64,000 nt of DNA from Polyangiales bacterium (GCA_038231275.1 JBBRLQ010000008.1:32001-96000); one strand, 5' to 3'. Shown: positions 20,476 through 31,010, counted from the stretch's first letter. The notes: generated by a model from the sequence alone, not told the origin. Numbers and translations: made by a program.

Positions 20476-21321
20476 GTGCCGGTTTGCGGCCCGGCATGGG
20501 CGCCCGCGCCCGGCCCGGTCCTGGAGGCGACCCTCGCAGGCGTCCTTGGCCGCGGACAAGCAGCCTGGCCCTACCTCGCCCTCGCCCCCGAGGCCTACCT
20601 CCCCTACCTCGCGGTCCGCATCGGCGGCATGGACGATCTCGTCGACCTCAACGTCGAGGACCTCTTCGTCGCCTGCGCCGCCGTCCACCGCGACCCGCGC
20701 GCGCTCCAGTCGATCGAGGCGCGCTACTTCGGTGACATCGACGCGGCCCTTCGCAAGATGAACCTGCCGGCCCCGCGCATCGACGACGTGAAGCAGACGG
20801 TCCGCCGCCAGCTCTTCGTCGGCGAGGACGGCAAGCCACCGCGCATCGCCCAGTACAACGGCAAGGGCGAGCTCCGCGCGTGGCTACGCGTCACCGCGGT
20901 GCGCGCGGCGCTCAAGGTCATCCGCAAAGAGAAGCGCGAGACCGTCGCCTCCGACGACGCCATCTTCGAACACGGCACGAGCGACGCCGATCCGGAGCTC
21001 GCGTACATCAAGGAGGTCTACCGCGACAAATTCCGCGCGGCCTTCCAGAGCGCGCTCGACTCGCTCGGCGATCGCGACAAGACGTTCCTTCGCCAGCACG
21101 TCGTCGACGGCCTCTCGATCGACGATCTCGCCGCGCTGAACCAGATCCACCGCGCGACGGCGGCGCGCTGGCTCGCGAAGGCGAAGGAGACGCTCCTCGT
21201 CGCGACGCGGAGAATCTTCATGCAGAGTGCACACGTCTCGCGCGGCGAGTGCGACAGCATCCTCAGGATGGTGCAGAGCCAGCTCGACGCGACGATCCGG
21301 CGGAGGCTCGAGGGTGCGTAG
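20476..21321 (+). CDS. Myxococcales-type sigma-70/ECF-like factor
   Basis: DLFVACA, YNGKGELRAWLRVTAVR (region 2), DGLSIDDLAALNQIHRATAARWL (region 4 HTH); divergent from the ZAS-kinase. Start estimated. Confidence 0.8.
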   Translation: MPVCGPAWAPAPGPVLEATLAGVLGRGQAAWPYLALAPEAYLPYLAVRIGGMDDLVDLNVEDLFVACAAVHRDPRALQSIEARYFGDIDAALRKMNLPAPRIDDVKQTVRRQLFVGEDGKPPRIAQYNGKGELRAWLRVTAVRAALKVIRKEKRETVASDDAIFEHGTSDADPELAYIKEVYRDKFRAAFQSALDSLGDRDKTFLRQHVVDGLSIDDLAALNQIHRATAARWLAKAKETLLVATRRIFMQSAHVSRGECDSILRMVQSQLDATIRRRLEGA

Positions 21322-21354
21322 ATCACACGCGAGGGGCGCTGCTGGAATACAGCC

Positions 21355-22272
21355 CTACGCGAACCGCTCCGCCGCGTCGCGTAGCGTGACGAACGTGTAA
21401 TCTGCACGCTTCAGCGTGTCGATCACCGCGTGGAGCGACGCGAGCTTGCCTCGGACCGGCACGCGCACGTCGACTTGGTGCGGCGCGAGCGCCTCGAGGC
21501 CATCCGCACGATCCAGGACGTCGATGCCGTGCAGCTCCAGGTTCACGAGCGGCTCGCCGACGCACATGCGCGTGAGGAGGCGCGCCTTCCACGGACCCGC
21601 CATCGTGATCGTCGTGCCGATGTATGGCAGGCGGGCGCCGCGTGTCACCTGGATCGGCAGCTCCATGAGCCCCGCGCCACGCTCCCAGTACGGCCGCCCG
21701 ACGCGGTACGGACGTGTCGGCGCCGTCAGCACGCGGGGGTTGTCGACGATCGATTGGCTCGTTCGCCCTCGCAGCGCGATGCCGCCGATCGCCGCCGCCT
21801 TGAGCGCGTAGTACGGCGGGCACGGAAAGACCGACGAGTCGTACTTCACGCCGAGATCGCCGAGCGCCGCGAAGACCTGATCGGTGATCGTGTACCCCGG
21901 CGCGCGAAACCCTACCGGGCGCGAACCGACCGCCTCGTGAATCGCCGAGGCGCCACCGTCGATCTGCTTTACGATCTCGTCGTACGAGAGGCGCGTCAGA
22001 TCGTACCGGTGATCGAGCGAGTGGTTGCCGATCTCGTGCCCGGCCTCGTGCGCAGCGCGCAGCTTCTCGCGCGCGTCGGCCGACACCGCGAGATCCGATC
22101 CGATCGCGAAGAGCGTCAGCGGGATCTTCGCGGCGTCCGCGAGCGCACGAAGGCGCGGCACCGCGACGTCGTACACCGCCGTGCGCGCCGGCGCTCCCGG
22201 CGCGGGGAGGCCGTGAATCTGAAAGTAAAAAGGGATCTCGTCGAGGTCGACGCTGACGGCGCAGAGTCGCAC
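21355..22272 (-). CDS. Polysaccharide deacetylase (NodB homology)
   Basis: SVDLDE, HEIGNHSLDH, GFRAPGY, YDSS, LELH. Confidence 0.85.
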   Translation of the reverse strand: MRLCAVSVDLDEIPFYFQIHGLPAPGAPARTAVYDVAVPRLRALADAAKIPLTLFAIGSDLAVSADAREKLRAAHEAGHEIGNHSLDHRYDLTRLSYDEIVKQIDGGASAIHEAVGSRPVGFRAPGYTITDQVFAALGDLGVKYDSSVFPCPPYYALKAAAIGGIALRGRTSQSIVDNPRVLTAPTRPYRVGRPYWERGAGLMELPIQVTRGARLPYIGTTITMAGPWKARLLTRMCVGEPLVNLELHGIDVLDRADGLEALAPHQVDVRVPVRGKLASLHAVIDTLKRADYTFVTLRDAAERFA

Positions 22273-22305
22273 GACGAGATCCCTTGGATCAGTGCCGGGG
22301 CGTTG

Positions 22306-23256
22306 TCAGGACGACGACGACGACTGCGTCATCTTGGCGACTTCTGCCGCCAGATCGTCCGTCGGGCCCTTCTCGACGCCCTCGCCCAGCTCGAAGCGAA
22401 CGAACGCCTCGATGTGGATGTCTTGGCCGACCTTCTTCGAGAGATCCGCGCGGGTCTTCTCGATGGTGCCGGCGGTCGGGTCCACCACGTTGTCCTGCCC
22501 GAGGAGCGTGATCTCGGTGAACCACTTGGCGAGCTTGCCCTCCATGATCTTCGGCCAGGCGGCCTCCGGCTTGCCCTCTTCCTTGAGCTGCGCCGCGAAG
22601 ATCTCCTTCTGCTTGTCGACGTGGGCCTGCGTGACCTCGCCCTTGTGGACGTGGCGCGCGCGCATCGACACGATCTGCATCGTGACGGTGTCGGCGAAGG
22701 CATCGACCTCGGCATTTCCGAGCGGGCCGGTGACCGCGACGATCGCCGCGTTCTTGCCGCCCATGTGGACGTAGGCGTGGACGAAGCCTTCCTTGGCCTC
22801 GACCATGTCCCAGCGACGGACGACGGTGTTCTCGCCGGTCTTGCCGACGAGCTCCTGGCGGATGATGTCGATCGTCTTGTCCGAGCCGGGGAACTTCTGG
22901 GCGTTGAGATCGGCGCCCTTCTTGAGCGTGCTCGCGACTTCGGTCACCTTGGTGACGAAGTCCTTGAACACGTCGCCGCGCGCGACGAAGTCGGTCTGGC
23001 AGTTGACCTCGACGATGACGCCGCGCTTCTTGTCGGCGCTCACCCAGGTGCGGACCTCGCCCTCGCTCGCGACGCGACCGGCGCGCGCCGCGGCTTTGAC
23101 GATGCCCTTCTTGAGGATGACCTCGACGGCCTTGTCGATGTCTCCGCTCGTCTCGACGAGCGCGTTCTTGCAGTCGGCCATGCCCGCTTGCGTACGCTCG
23201 CGGAGCTCCTTGATGAGCGCGGCAGTGATTTCCTGTTTCTTGCCGTTGTCAGCCAT
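22306..23256 (-). CDS. tsf: Translation elongation factor Ts
   Basis: IKELRERTQAGMADCKNAL, EVNCQTDFVA, FVRFELGEG; downstream of rpsB. Confidence 0.97.
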   Translation of the reverse strand: MADNGKKQEITAALIKELRERTQAGMADCKNALVETSGDIDKAVEVILKKGIVKAAARAGRVASEGEVRTWVSADKKRGVIVEVNCQTDFVARGDVFKDFVTKVTEVASTLKKGADLNAQKFPGSDKTIDIIRQELVGKTGENTVVRRWDMVEAKEGFVHAYVHMGGKNAAIVAVTGPLGNAEVDAFADTVTMQIVSMRARHVHKGEVTQAHVDKQKEIFAAQLKEEGKPEAAWPKIMEGKLAKWFTEITLLGQDNVVDPTAGTIEKTRADLSKKVGQDIHIEAFVRFELGEGVEKGPTDDLAAEVAKMTQSSSSS

Positions 23257-23273
23257 GATCATCCTCTCAGTCA

Positions 23274-24134
23274 TCAGTTCGGGCCGCCGCCACCGCCGCT
23301 GCGACCGTCACGACGACCGCGGTACACGTCGGCCTGGGGAGCGCCGCCACGGCCGCCGCCCTCGCGCTCGTCACGCCCGTCGCGACCGACGGACTCCTTG
23401 CGGCGCTGCGTGCCTTCGATCGCCGCGTCGGCGAGGCGCTGCGTGATGAGGCGGATCGAGCGGATGGCGTCGTCGTTGCCGGGGATGACGTAGTCGACGA
23501 GATCCGGATCGCAGTTGGTGTCGGTGATGGCGATGATCGGGATGGCGAGCTTCTTCGCCTCTTGTACCGCGATCGTCTCCATGGCCGGATCGATGACGAA
23601 GACGGCGGTGGGAAGAACCGCCATGTTCTTGAGACCGCCGACGTACTTCTCGAAGCGCTCGCGCTCCTTCTCGAGGCGCGACACTTCCTTCTTCGGGAGC
23701 TGGAGGTACGTGCCGTCGTCCTTCATGCGCTCGAGCTGCTTCATGCGCTCGAGGCCCTGCTTGATGGTGCGGAAGTTCGTGAGCGTGCCGCCGAGCCAGC
23801 GGTTGACGACGTAGTAGCTGCCCGAGCGCGACGCCTCCTCCTTAACGATCTCCTGCGCCTGGCGCTTGGTGCCGATCATGAGGAGGTGGCCGCCGTGGGC
23901 GACGGTCTCGGCGACGAAGTTGTAGGCGCGCGTGAAGAGGCGCGTCGTCTGGTCGAGGTCGATGATGTGGATGCCGTTCCGGGCGCCGTAGATGAACGGG
24001 CGCATCTTCGGGTTCCAGCGCTTGGTCTGGTGGCCGAAGTGGACGCCGGCGTCGATGAGGGCCTTGAGCGGGAGCGGCGGATCGCCGGGGAGGGCGCGAA
24101 CGCCTTGGGCGTTCGTCTCGATGTCCTGGGTCAT
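23274..24134 (-). CDS. rpsB: 30S ribosomal protein S2
   Basis: [41 protein letters not shown]. Confidence 0.98.
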   Translation of the reverse strand: MTQDIETNAQGVRALPGDPPLPLKALIDAGVHFGHQTKRWNPKMRPFIYGARNGIHIIDLDQTTRLFTRAYNFVAETVAHGGHLLMIGTKRQAQEIVKEEASRSGSYYVVNRWLGGTLTNFRTIKQGLERMKQLERMKDDGTYLQLPKKEVSRLEKERERFEKYVGGLKNMAVLPTAVFVIDPAMETIAVQEAKKLAIPIIAITDTNCDPDLVDYVIPGNDDAIRSIRLITQRLADAAIEGTQRRKESVGRDGRDEREGGGRGGAPQADVYRGRRDGRSGGGGGPN

Positions 24135-24139
24135 GGTGG

Positions 24140-24240
24140 CGCTTCCTTTCGGTTGGCTACCGCTCCTCCTCCCGAGGCCAGCGGTAAAAACCGCACCGGA
24201 CCAAGGGGTTGCGCGTAACGAGAGTGGAGGAGCGTGAGAT
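24140..24240 (-). promoter_or_regulatory. Structured rpsB 5' leader (putative S2 autoregulatory element)
   Basis: CGCTCCTCC (24161-24169) is complementary to GGAGGAGCG (24226-24234), enclosing the hairpin GCGGT-AAA-A-ACCGC (24181-24194). rpsB leaders are autoregulatory in other bacteria. Confidence 0.5.
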
Positions 24241-24386
24241 TTTCCGGCCGTGCGAGTGCATGGTCGGCCCCCTTTTTGACGGGGGGGCGGGCACCATAGC
24301 CGGGCCAACCGCGGTGTCAAGCTCGGCTGCCGCCGCGAAGCTCCTTGTAAGGCGACGGGATTTTCGGCACAACGGGGGTCCTCCCC

Positions 24387-24566
24387 GTGCGCGCGCTCCT
24401 CCTCTATTTTGCGGTGCTTCTGGCCATCGGGTGTGGCTCGAAGGGGCCGAGAGCTCCGAAGGGGCCGCCTCCGGAGTATGAGGAGCCGTCCGCGACGCCG
24501 ACCCCGACTCCGCCGCCGACTCCGAATCCGACTCCGACTCCGAATCCGGACGCGGGCGCGCGCTAG
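24387..24566 (+). CDS. Small Pro/Thr-rich lipoprotein (59 aa, not in ORF track)
   Basis: Translated by hand: [64 protein letters not shown] lipobox. Confidence 0.6.
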   Translation: MRALLLYFAVLLAIGCGSKGPRAPKGPPPEYEEPSATPTPTPPPTPNPTPTPNPDAGAR

Positions 24567-25672
24567 AGTCGGGCGACCAGCTTCACGAACCGCGGGTCGG
24601 TGCGCAGAGAAGCGAGATCGTCGTCACCGGTGAGGCGCCACTTCGCGTTGAAGCCCGCCGCCACCGCGTCCTCGAGCGCTTGGAGCGCGTCGGGCTTGTT
24701 TCCCTTTCGCGCCAAGAGGCACCCGAGCGTCACGAGCGCATCCTTCTTCGTCTCGGAGAAGGCGACCGCGCGTCGTGCGGCGGCGATGGCGCCGTCCACG
24801 TCGCCGCCTTTGGCGAGGGCCACGCCGAGGCGATTCCACACGTACCCGTCGTTCGCGTCTTGCGCGAGCAGCGCTCGGTACGCGCGCGCCGCCTCGGTCC
24901 AGCTCTTCTCGTCCTCCATCATCTCGGCGCGCTGCGTCGCGCGGCCGCGCTCGTCGAGCGATGGGTTCAGGAGCGAGTAGCCCGTCGCGAGATACGGCTC
25001 GGGGGTCCAGTGGTACTCCATGTAGCGCGCCGTCTCGTCGGCGACGTGGCGGCCGAGGAGGCGCGCGACCACGTGGAGCGCACCGTCGATTCCGGCGGAG
25101 ACGCCGGCGGTCGTCACCACGCGACCTTCGTCGATGAAGCGGCGGCCGTCGATCACGGTCGCCTTGGGCGCTGCCCTTCGCAGTCGCTCGATCGCGCCAA
25201 ACCAGGTCGTGACCTGACGACCGTCGAGCTGGCCGAGGTTGGCCAAGACGAACGCGCCCGAGCACACGCTCATCGCGAGCTCGGATTCGCCGATCGCCTT
25301 CTTGGCCCACGTCATGAACCTCGGATCCTCGGTGAGCTTGCCCGAGCTGCCGCCGGGGAACACGATCACGTCGGGCTTCGGCGCGTCGTCGATGGAGAAC
25401 TCCGGCACGACCTTGACCACACCCTGGCTCGTGATCGGCGCCTTCGTCGCTGCCATCGTATAGACGCGGAACGCGGGGCGATCACGCGACGCGCCGTTGC
25501 GCGCGGCGACGGCGAAGACCTCGGCCGGCCCGGCGAAATCGAGGACTTCGACCCCCTCGTAGAGGACGATCGCCACGTTGCGCGTCGGCGCGGCCTCGGC
25601 CGATGTAGCCCGTACCAAAACGCCGAGCCCTACGACCAAGCCCCACGCTGCCTTCGCCCATGATGTCTTCAT
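24563..25672 (-). CDS. DJ-1/PfpI family protein with signal peptide and C-terminal TPRs
   Basis: [21 protein letters not shown] (Cys), [13 protein letters not shown] signal cleavage site; TPR-like tail; ATGA overlap with the regulator. Confidence 0.85.
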   Translation of the reverse strand: MKTSWAKAAWGLVVGLGVLVRATSAEAAPTRNVAIVLYEGVEVLDFAGPAEVFAVAARNGASRDRPAFRVYTMAATKAPITSQGVVKVVPEFSIDDAPKPDVIVFPGGSSGKLTEDPRFMTWAKKAIGESELAMSVCSGAFVLANLGQLDGRQVTTWFGAIERLRRAAPKATVIDGRRFIDEGRVVTTAGVSAGIDGALHVVARLLGRHVADETARYMEYHWTPEPYLATGYSLLNPSLDERGRATQRAEMMEDEKSWTEAARAYRALLAQDANDGYVWNRLGVALAKGGDVDGAIAAARRAVAFSETKKDALVTLGCLLARKGNKPDALQALEDAVAAGFNAKWRLTGDDDLASLRTDPRFVKLVARL

Positions 25673-26643
25673 GATCTTCTCCCTTCGACCGCGGGTGTGT
25701 GTGCCGCACGAAACGCGCCGATCGACACGCCGAACGATTGCTTCCAAAGCCTCCGCAGCTGTCGCGCGTCGTCGAAGCCGCAGCTCGCGGCCACGCTCTC
25801 CACTGTCCGCGACGGATCGCCGATGAGATCGCGCGCGACCTGGACCTTCACGAGCGACGCGAAGCGGTGGGGCGTGACGCCGGTGGCGCGCCGGAAGACG
25901 CGTGCCAGGTTTCGCGGGCTCATCGCCGCGATGCGCGCGAGCTTCGGGAGGCTCGCCTTCTCCTGCGGATGCTCGACCAGAAAGTCTTGCACCCGGTGCA
26001 CACCAGGGTGCAGGTGATCGCGGTGCTCGAGGTAGACGCTCTCCTGCTCGCGATCACCGCTGCGGCGCACGTACACGACCATCTCACGCGCCACCTTCGC
26101 GGCGACACGCGGACCGTGGTCGCGCTCCACGAGGGCGAGCGCCATGTCGATGCCCGAGGCCACGCCGGCGCTCGTCACGACGCCGCGGTCCTCGACGAAG
26201 AGGCGGTTGCTCACGACCTCCGCGCGCGGGAAATCGCGTGCGAGGCGATCCGTCAGCTTCCAGTGGGTGGTGCACCGCCGCCCATCGAGGAGGCCCGCGT
26301 GCGCGAGGGCGAAGGACCCGCTGCAGACGGACGCGATGCGCGCGCCGACGTCCGCGGCGCTCACGAGGAACGTCCGGATCGCCCTGTCCACCCCGTCGAT
26401 CGCCGAGGAGGACATTCCGGGGACGAGCACGAGATCGTCGGGGCGCGGCGAGGGAAGGGGCGCCAGATCGGCCAGCACGAGCCCCTGCGCCGAGCGAACC
26501 CGTCGTTCCGGAGCGCAGTAGACGAGCCGATAGGCGCCGCCGAGACGCGATGCCTCGTCGAGCACCTGGACAGGTCCGGCCATATCTTGAAGGTGAACGT
26601 GAGGGAGCATCACGACGATGACGCGGCGCGCGTTGGACGCCAT
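25669..26643 (-). CDS. GlxA-type AraC transcriptional regulator (DJ-1/PfpI domain + HTH)
   Basis: SVCSGSF, TTHW, TSAGVASGID; AMSPRNLARVFR and VAASCGF HTH motifs. Confidence 0.92.
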   Translation of the reverse strand: MASNARRVIVVMLPHVHLQDMAGPVQVLDEASRLGGAYRLVYCAPERRVRSAQGLVLADLAPLPSPRPDDLVLVPGMSSSAIDGVDRAIRTFLVSAADVGARIASVCSGSFALAHAGLLDGRRCTTHWKLTDRLARDFPRAEVVSNRLFVEDRGVVTSAGVASGIDMALALVERDHGPRVAAKVAREMVVYVRRSGDREQESVYLEHRDHLHPGVHRVQDFLVEHPQEKASLPKLARIAAMSPRNLARVFRRATGVTPHRFASLVKVQVARDLIGDPSRTVESVAASCGFDDARQLRRLWKQSFGVSIGAFRAAHTPAVEGRRS

Positions 26644-26799
26644 TTCCATACAAATACTGTAGCCGATTCGCTCCCGCGCGGTAACTCGCGCCGAGGACGA
26701 ATACCGGACGCATTAGGCCACTCTTTGGCGGGCGACGGTGACCGCCTCTTCTGCCTTCGGCGCCGGGACCGGTGAAGGGCGAGCTCCAGCGAGAAAGGC

Positions 26800-28299
26800 T
26801 TAGTCGCCCGCTCGTACCAGCTGCAGGTAGAAGCGCACGGCGGTCGCGAGGGGCTCGACGCCGCAGCGTTCGTTCGTGCCGTGGATGGTCGGCAAGTCGG
26901 GCGGGCGCATGACGAACGGCGAGAAGTGGTACACGCCGCCGGCGAGCGCGGTGTAGTGCCGCGCGTCGGTCGCGCCGCCGACGACGTTGGGGGCGACGAG
27001 GGCGCCGGGGAAGAACTGGCGAACCGTCGTCTCGAGGAGGCGGTAAGCCCGCGTGTCGGTCGACGCTGGCGGTGGCGGCTCGCTGCGCATCCCCGTGCGC
27101 GCCTCGACCGTCACGCGCGGGTCCGCGACGGCCGCGCGCACGTGCGCGACGACGTCGTCGGTGGTGTCTCCGGGAAGAACGCGAAAGTTCACGACGGCGC
27201 GCGCGCGCGACGGGAGCACGTTCTCCTTCACGCCCCCTTCGATGATCGTCACCGCGGTCGTCGTGCGTACCGCCGACGCGGTGGGGGGCTGCTTCGTCAT
27301 CATGGAGACGAGCAGCGGTTCGAAGAGCCAGACGTTGGACATGACGACGCGCCGGCCGAACGGCATCTCCGGCGCGATGGACTCGAACATCGAGCGCGTC
27401 GAGTCGGTGAGGCGCGCCGGCATCTGCTCCTTCTCGAGGCGCTCGACCGCGGCGGCGAGGACGCCGATCGCCGTGTGGTCGGGAGGCATCGACGAGTGGC
27501 CCGTCTTCTCCTCGACGGTGAGGTCGACCGAGACGTAGCCCTTCTCCGTCACGCCGATGAGCGCGATGGGGGGCGGTAAGTCCGGCACGATCCCGTCGGC
27601 GACGATCCCGCCTTCGTCGAGCACGTAGTCGAAATGCAGACCCTTGGCGGCGAAGGTCTCCGCGATCTTCGCGGCGCCGCGGCGGCCGCTCACCTCTTCA
27701 TCGGCTCCGAACGCGAGGTAGAGCGTGCGCTTCGGTGTGAAGCCTTGCGTGGCGAGCGCTTCGACCGCCTCGAGGATGGCCACGAGTGACCCCTTGTCGT
27801 CCAGTGCGCCCCGCCCCCAAATGAAGCCCCCGTCGATATCGCCCGCGAACGGCGGGTGGCTCCACTTCGCCTCGGTGCCCGGCTCGACGGGAACGACGTC
27901 CATGTGCGCCGCGAGGAGCGCCGGCGCGCGCGACGCGTCGCTCCCGCGCCACACGTACACGAGGGAGTCGCCGCCCACGATCTCGCGCGTCAACGTCGAA
28001 TGCAGCTTGGGGTAGGTCGCTTCGAGGTAGCCGCGCAGCTGCTCGAAGGTGCGCGGGTCGTCGTCCTTCGCTTGCTCATGCGAGACGGTGGCGAAGCGGA
28101 TCACGTCCGCGAGGTGCTGTGCGACTCGTGCCGCGTCGACGTCGTCTCGCGGCGGGGCGGCGACGACGGGGATCGCGGCCTTTCCTTTGCGCAGCGTGTT
28201 CACAAGCACCACCGCGAGGAGCGCCGCAAGGATCACGAAGGGGACGCGGAGTGCCCGCGCGAAGACCCGCCACCCACGCTTGAGACGCGCGCCCATCAT
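26800..28299 (-). CDS. M20 family metallopeptidase (Gly-Xaa carboxypeptidase/PM20D1-like) with N-terminal membrane anchor
   Basis: AHMDVVP, GRGALDDKG, ADEE, LDEGG, GHSS, GATD, IHGTNE; ATGA overlap with the nfo stop. Confidence 0.9.
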   Translation of the reverse strand: MMGARLKRGWRVFARALRVPFVILAALLAVVLVNTLRKGKAAIPVVAAPPRDDVDAARVAQHLADVIRFATVSHEQAKDDDPRTFEQLRGYLEATYPKLHSTLTREIVGGDSLVYVWRGSDASRAPALLAAHMDVVPVEPGTEAKWSHPPFAGDIDGGFIWGRGALDDKGSLVAILEAVEALATQGFTPKRTLYLAFGADEEVSGRRGAAKIAETFAAKGLHFDYVLDEGGIVADGIVPDLPPPIALIGVTEKGYVSVDLTVEEKTGHSSMPPDHTAIGVLAAAVERLEKEQMPARLTDSTRSMFESIAPEMPFGRRVVMSNVWLFEPLLVSMMTKQPPTASAVRTTTAVTIIEGGVKENVLPSRARAVVNFRVLPGDTTDDVVAHVRAAVADPRVTVEARTGMRSEPPPPASTDTRAYRLLETTVRQFFPGALVAPNVVGGATDARHYTALAGGVYHFSPFVMRPPDLPTIHGTNERCGVEPLATAVRFYLQLVRAGD

Positions 28300-29207
28300 C
28301 GCTTCTTCTTCGACGACGGGGCCGGCGCGAGCTCCAGCGAAAACGGGGCCTTCGCCTCGGGCTCCGCGCCGCCGACGAGCGACTCGAGGACGGTGACCTC
28401 CTTCCGGAACGATTTGTTCTCGTCCGGCTCGGTCTCGAGCACCGCGGGGAGGTCGGCGAAGCGTGGATCGTTCAGGAGTCGCCAGAAGAGCGGCAGCCCG
28501 AGGTTCCCTTCGCCGACGTGCTCGTGGCGATCGACGCGCGAGCCGAGGGGCTTCTTCGAGTCGTTCAAGTGGAAGGCGCAGAGCTTCTCCATGCCGACGG
28601 CACGGCCGAAGTCCTCCCACAGCTTGGCGTAGCCGTCGGCCGTCGAGATGTCGTAGCCGGCGGCGAAGGCGTGCTGCGTGTCGAAGCAGACGCCGAGGCG
28701 GTCGCGCTCCTTCGTGCGCTCGAGGATCGCCTCGAGGTGGCCGAACAGGTGGCCCACGCACGTCCCCTGCCCCGCCGTGTTCTCGAGGAGCACCATCGCG
28801 CTCTTGCCGCGCGTCCTCTCGTGCACCTCGTCGAGCGACGCGGCGATGCGCGTGATGCCAGGGTCCTCGCCGAAGCCGAGGTGCGCGCCGGGGTGGAGGA
28901 CGACGTACGGAATGCCGAGCGCGCTCGATCGCTCGACCTCTGCGACGAGGGAGTCGACGCTCTTCTTCAGGACGTCGGGTTTGTCGGTGGCGAGGTTGAT
29001 GAGGTAGCTCGTGTGCGTCAGCACCTTGCCGCCGAACGCGGCGTGCGCGGCGCGAAACTGCGAGATCGCCTCGTCGGTCAACGTCGGCTCGCGCCACATG
29101 CCCGAATTCTTCGTGAAGATCTGGACGGCGCGGCAGCCGTCGTTCTTGCCGCGCTCGAAGGCGGTGTGGAGGCCGCCGGCGATCGATTGGTGGGCGCCGT
29201 AAAGCAT
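28296..29207 (-). CDS. nfo: Endonuclease IV (AP endonuclease)
   Basis: GAHQSIAGG, HTSYLINL, HPG, LENTAGQG, DTQH, HLNDSK, DRHEHVGEG, LET. Confidence 0.95.
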   Translation of the reverse strand: MLYGAHQSIAGGLHTAFERGKNDGCRAVQIFTKNSGMWREPTLTDEAISQFRAAHAAFGGKVLTHTSYLINLATDKPDVLKKSVDSLVAEVERSSALGIPYVVLHPGAHLGFGEDPGITRIAASLDEVHERTRGKSAMVLLENTAGQGTCVGHLFGHLEAILERTKERDRLGVCFDTQHAFAAGYDISTADGYAKLWEDFGRAVGMEKLCAFHLNDSKKPLGSRVDRHEHVGEGNLGLPLFWRLLNDPRFADLPAVLETEPDENKSFRKEVTVLESLVGGAEPEAKAPFSLELAPAPSSKKKR

Positions 29208-29256
29208 GCCTCCCATCTAATCCGCCCGGGCGCCGTGTGCTATGCCCAACGCCGCC

Positions 29257-29553
29257 ATGAAGCTCGACCTCTCGCACATCGAACACGTCGCGAAGCTGGC
29301 GTCCTTGTCGCTCACGAAGGACGAGGCGGAGGTGATGACGGCGGAGCTCGGGGACATCCTCAAGTACGTGGAGGAGCTGTCGCAGGTGGACACGTCGAGC
29401 GTGGCGCCGACCGCGAGCGTGCAGCTCGGGCCGACCGCGTGGCGCCGCGACGACGTGCAGCCGGGGCTCCCGCACGACGAGGCGCTGGCGCAGGCCCCAC
29501 GTCAGGCGGACGGAGGCTTCGCGGTGCCGGCGTTCGTCGAGGGGGGCTCGTGA
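29257..29553 (+). CDS. gatC: Asp/Glu-tRNA amidotransferase subunit C
   Basis: HVAKLASL, ILKYVEELSQVDT, RRDD, FAVP; overlaps the gatA start. Confidence 0.92.
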   Translation: MKLDLSHIEHVAKLASLSLTKDEAEVMTAELGDILKYVEELSQVDTSSVAPTASVQLGPTAWRRDDVQPGLPHDEALAQAPRQADGGFAVPAFVEGGS

Positions 29554-31010
29554 TCGGACACGTCGCGGAGATCGCCGATCGCGTTCGAGCAGGCGAGACG
29601 AAGGCAGAGGAGATCGCGAAGACCGCGATCGCGCGCATCGACGCGCTGGATCCGCAGCTGCACGCGTTCCTCGCGGTTCCCCGTGAGAAGATCCTTGAGG
29701 ACGCGCGCGCCGTCGATCGAAAGCGAGCGGGCGGCGCGACGCTCGGCAAGCTCGCCGGCGTCCCTATCGCGATCAAAGACGCACTCTGCACGCACGGCGT
29801 CGCGACCACGAGCGGTTCGAAGATCCTCGAGGGCTGGATCGCGCCGTACGATGCCACCGTCGTCGCGCGCCTCGCCGCCGAGGACGCGATCGTCTGCGGC
29901 AAGACGAACATGGACGAGTTCGCGATGGGCTCGTCGAACGAGAACAGCGCCTACGGCCCCGCCAAGAACCCGTGGGACACGACGCGCGCGCCGGGCGGCT
30001 CGTCGGGCGGCAGCGCGATCGCCGTCGCCGCGCGCATGACGAGCGCCGCCCTCGGGAGCGACACCGGCGGATCGATTCGCCAGCCCGCCGCGTTCACCGG
30101 CACGGTCGGCGTGAAGCCGACGTACGGCCGGGTCTCGCGCTACGGGCTCATCGCGTTCGCGTCGAGCCTCGATCAAGTCGGTCCGTTCGCGACCGACGTG
30201 CGCGGGGCGGCGCGCGTCCTCGGCGTCATCGCGGGTCACGACGCGCGCGACGCCACGTCGCTCGACGCGAAGGTCGGCGATCTCGAGGCGTCGTGCGGCG
30301 CCAGCGTGAAGGGCCTGCGCCTCGGCGTCCCCGACGAGTACTTCCAAGACGGGCTCGATCCCGAGGTCGCCGCCAGCGTACGCGCCGCCATCGAGGGATT
30401 GAAGGATGCAGGATGCACGGTTCACCCCGTGAAGCTCCCGCACACCCGCTTCGCCGTCGCCACGTACTACGTGATCGCGACCGCCGAGGCGTCGAGCAAC
30501 CTCGCGCGCTTCGACGGCGTGCGGTACGGCCGGCGCGTCGAGCCCACCGGCGCCGATCTCCGCGCGATGTACGGCGCTACGCGCGACCAGGGCTTCGGGC
30601 GCGAGGTGAAGCGCCGCATCCTGCTCGGCACGTTCGTGCTGTCGGCCGGCTATTACGACGCGTACTACGGCCGCGCGCTCAAGGTGCGGACGCTCATCCT
30701 CCGGGACTTCACCGAGGCGTTCGCGAACGTCGACGCGATCGTGTCGCCGACAGCGCCGACGCCGGCGTTCGCCCTCGGCGAGAAGGTCGGCGATCCGCTC
30801 GCGATGTACCTGAACGACGTGTACACGCTGCCGGCTAGCCTCGCCGGCCTCCCCGCGATCAGCGTGCCGTGTGCGCCGACGCGCGCCGGTCTGCCGGTGG
30901 GTCTCCAGATCGTGACGCCGGCGCTCGACGAAGCGCGCGCGCTCGCGCTCGCCGCCGCGTGGGAGGCGCGCTCGCCGGCGAAGGACGCGGTGCCGCCGCT
31001 CGCGCGATGA
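29550..31010 (+). CDS. gatA: Asp/Glu-tRNA amidotransferase subunit A
   Basis: GVPIAIKD, GKTNMDEFAMGSS, PGGSSGGS, GSDTGGSIRQPA, SSNLARFDGVRYG, KRRILLGT. Confidence 0.96.
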   Translation: MIGHVAEIADRVRAGETKAEEIAKTAIARIDALDPQLHAFLAVPREKILEDARAVDRKRAGGATLGKLAGVPIAIKDALCTHGVATTSGSKILEGWIAPYDATVVARLAAEDAIVCGKTNMDEFAMGSSNENSAYGPAKNPWDTTRAPGGSSGGSAIAVAARMTSAALGSDTGGSIRQPAAFTGTVGVKPTYGRVSRYGLIAFASSLDQVGPFATDVRGAARVLGVIAGHDARDATSLDAKVGDLEASCGASVKGLRLGVPDEYFQDGLDPEVAASVRAAIEGLKDAGCTVHPVKLPHTRFAVATYYVIATAEASSNLARFDGVRYGRRVEPTGADLRAMYGATRDQGFGREVKRRILLGTFVLSAGYYDAYYGRALKVRTLILRDFTEAFANVDAIVSPTAPTPAFALGEKVGDPLAMYLNDVYTLPASLAGLPAISVPCAPTRAGLPVGLQIVTPALDEARALALAAAWEARSPAKDAVPPLAR

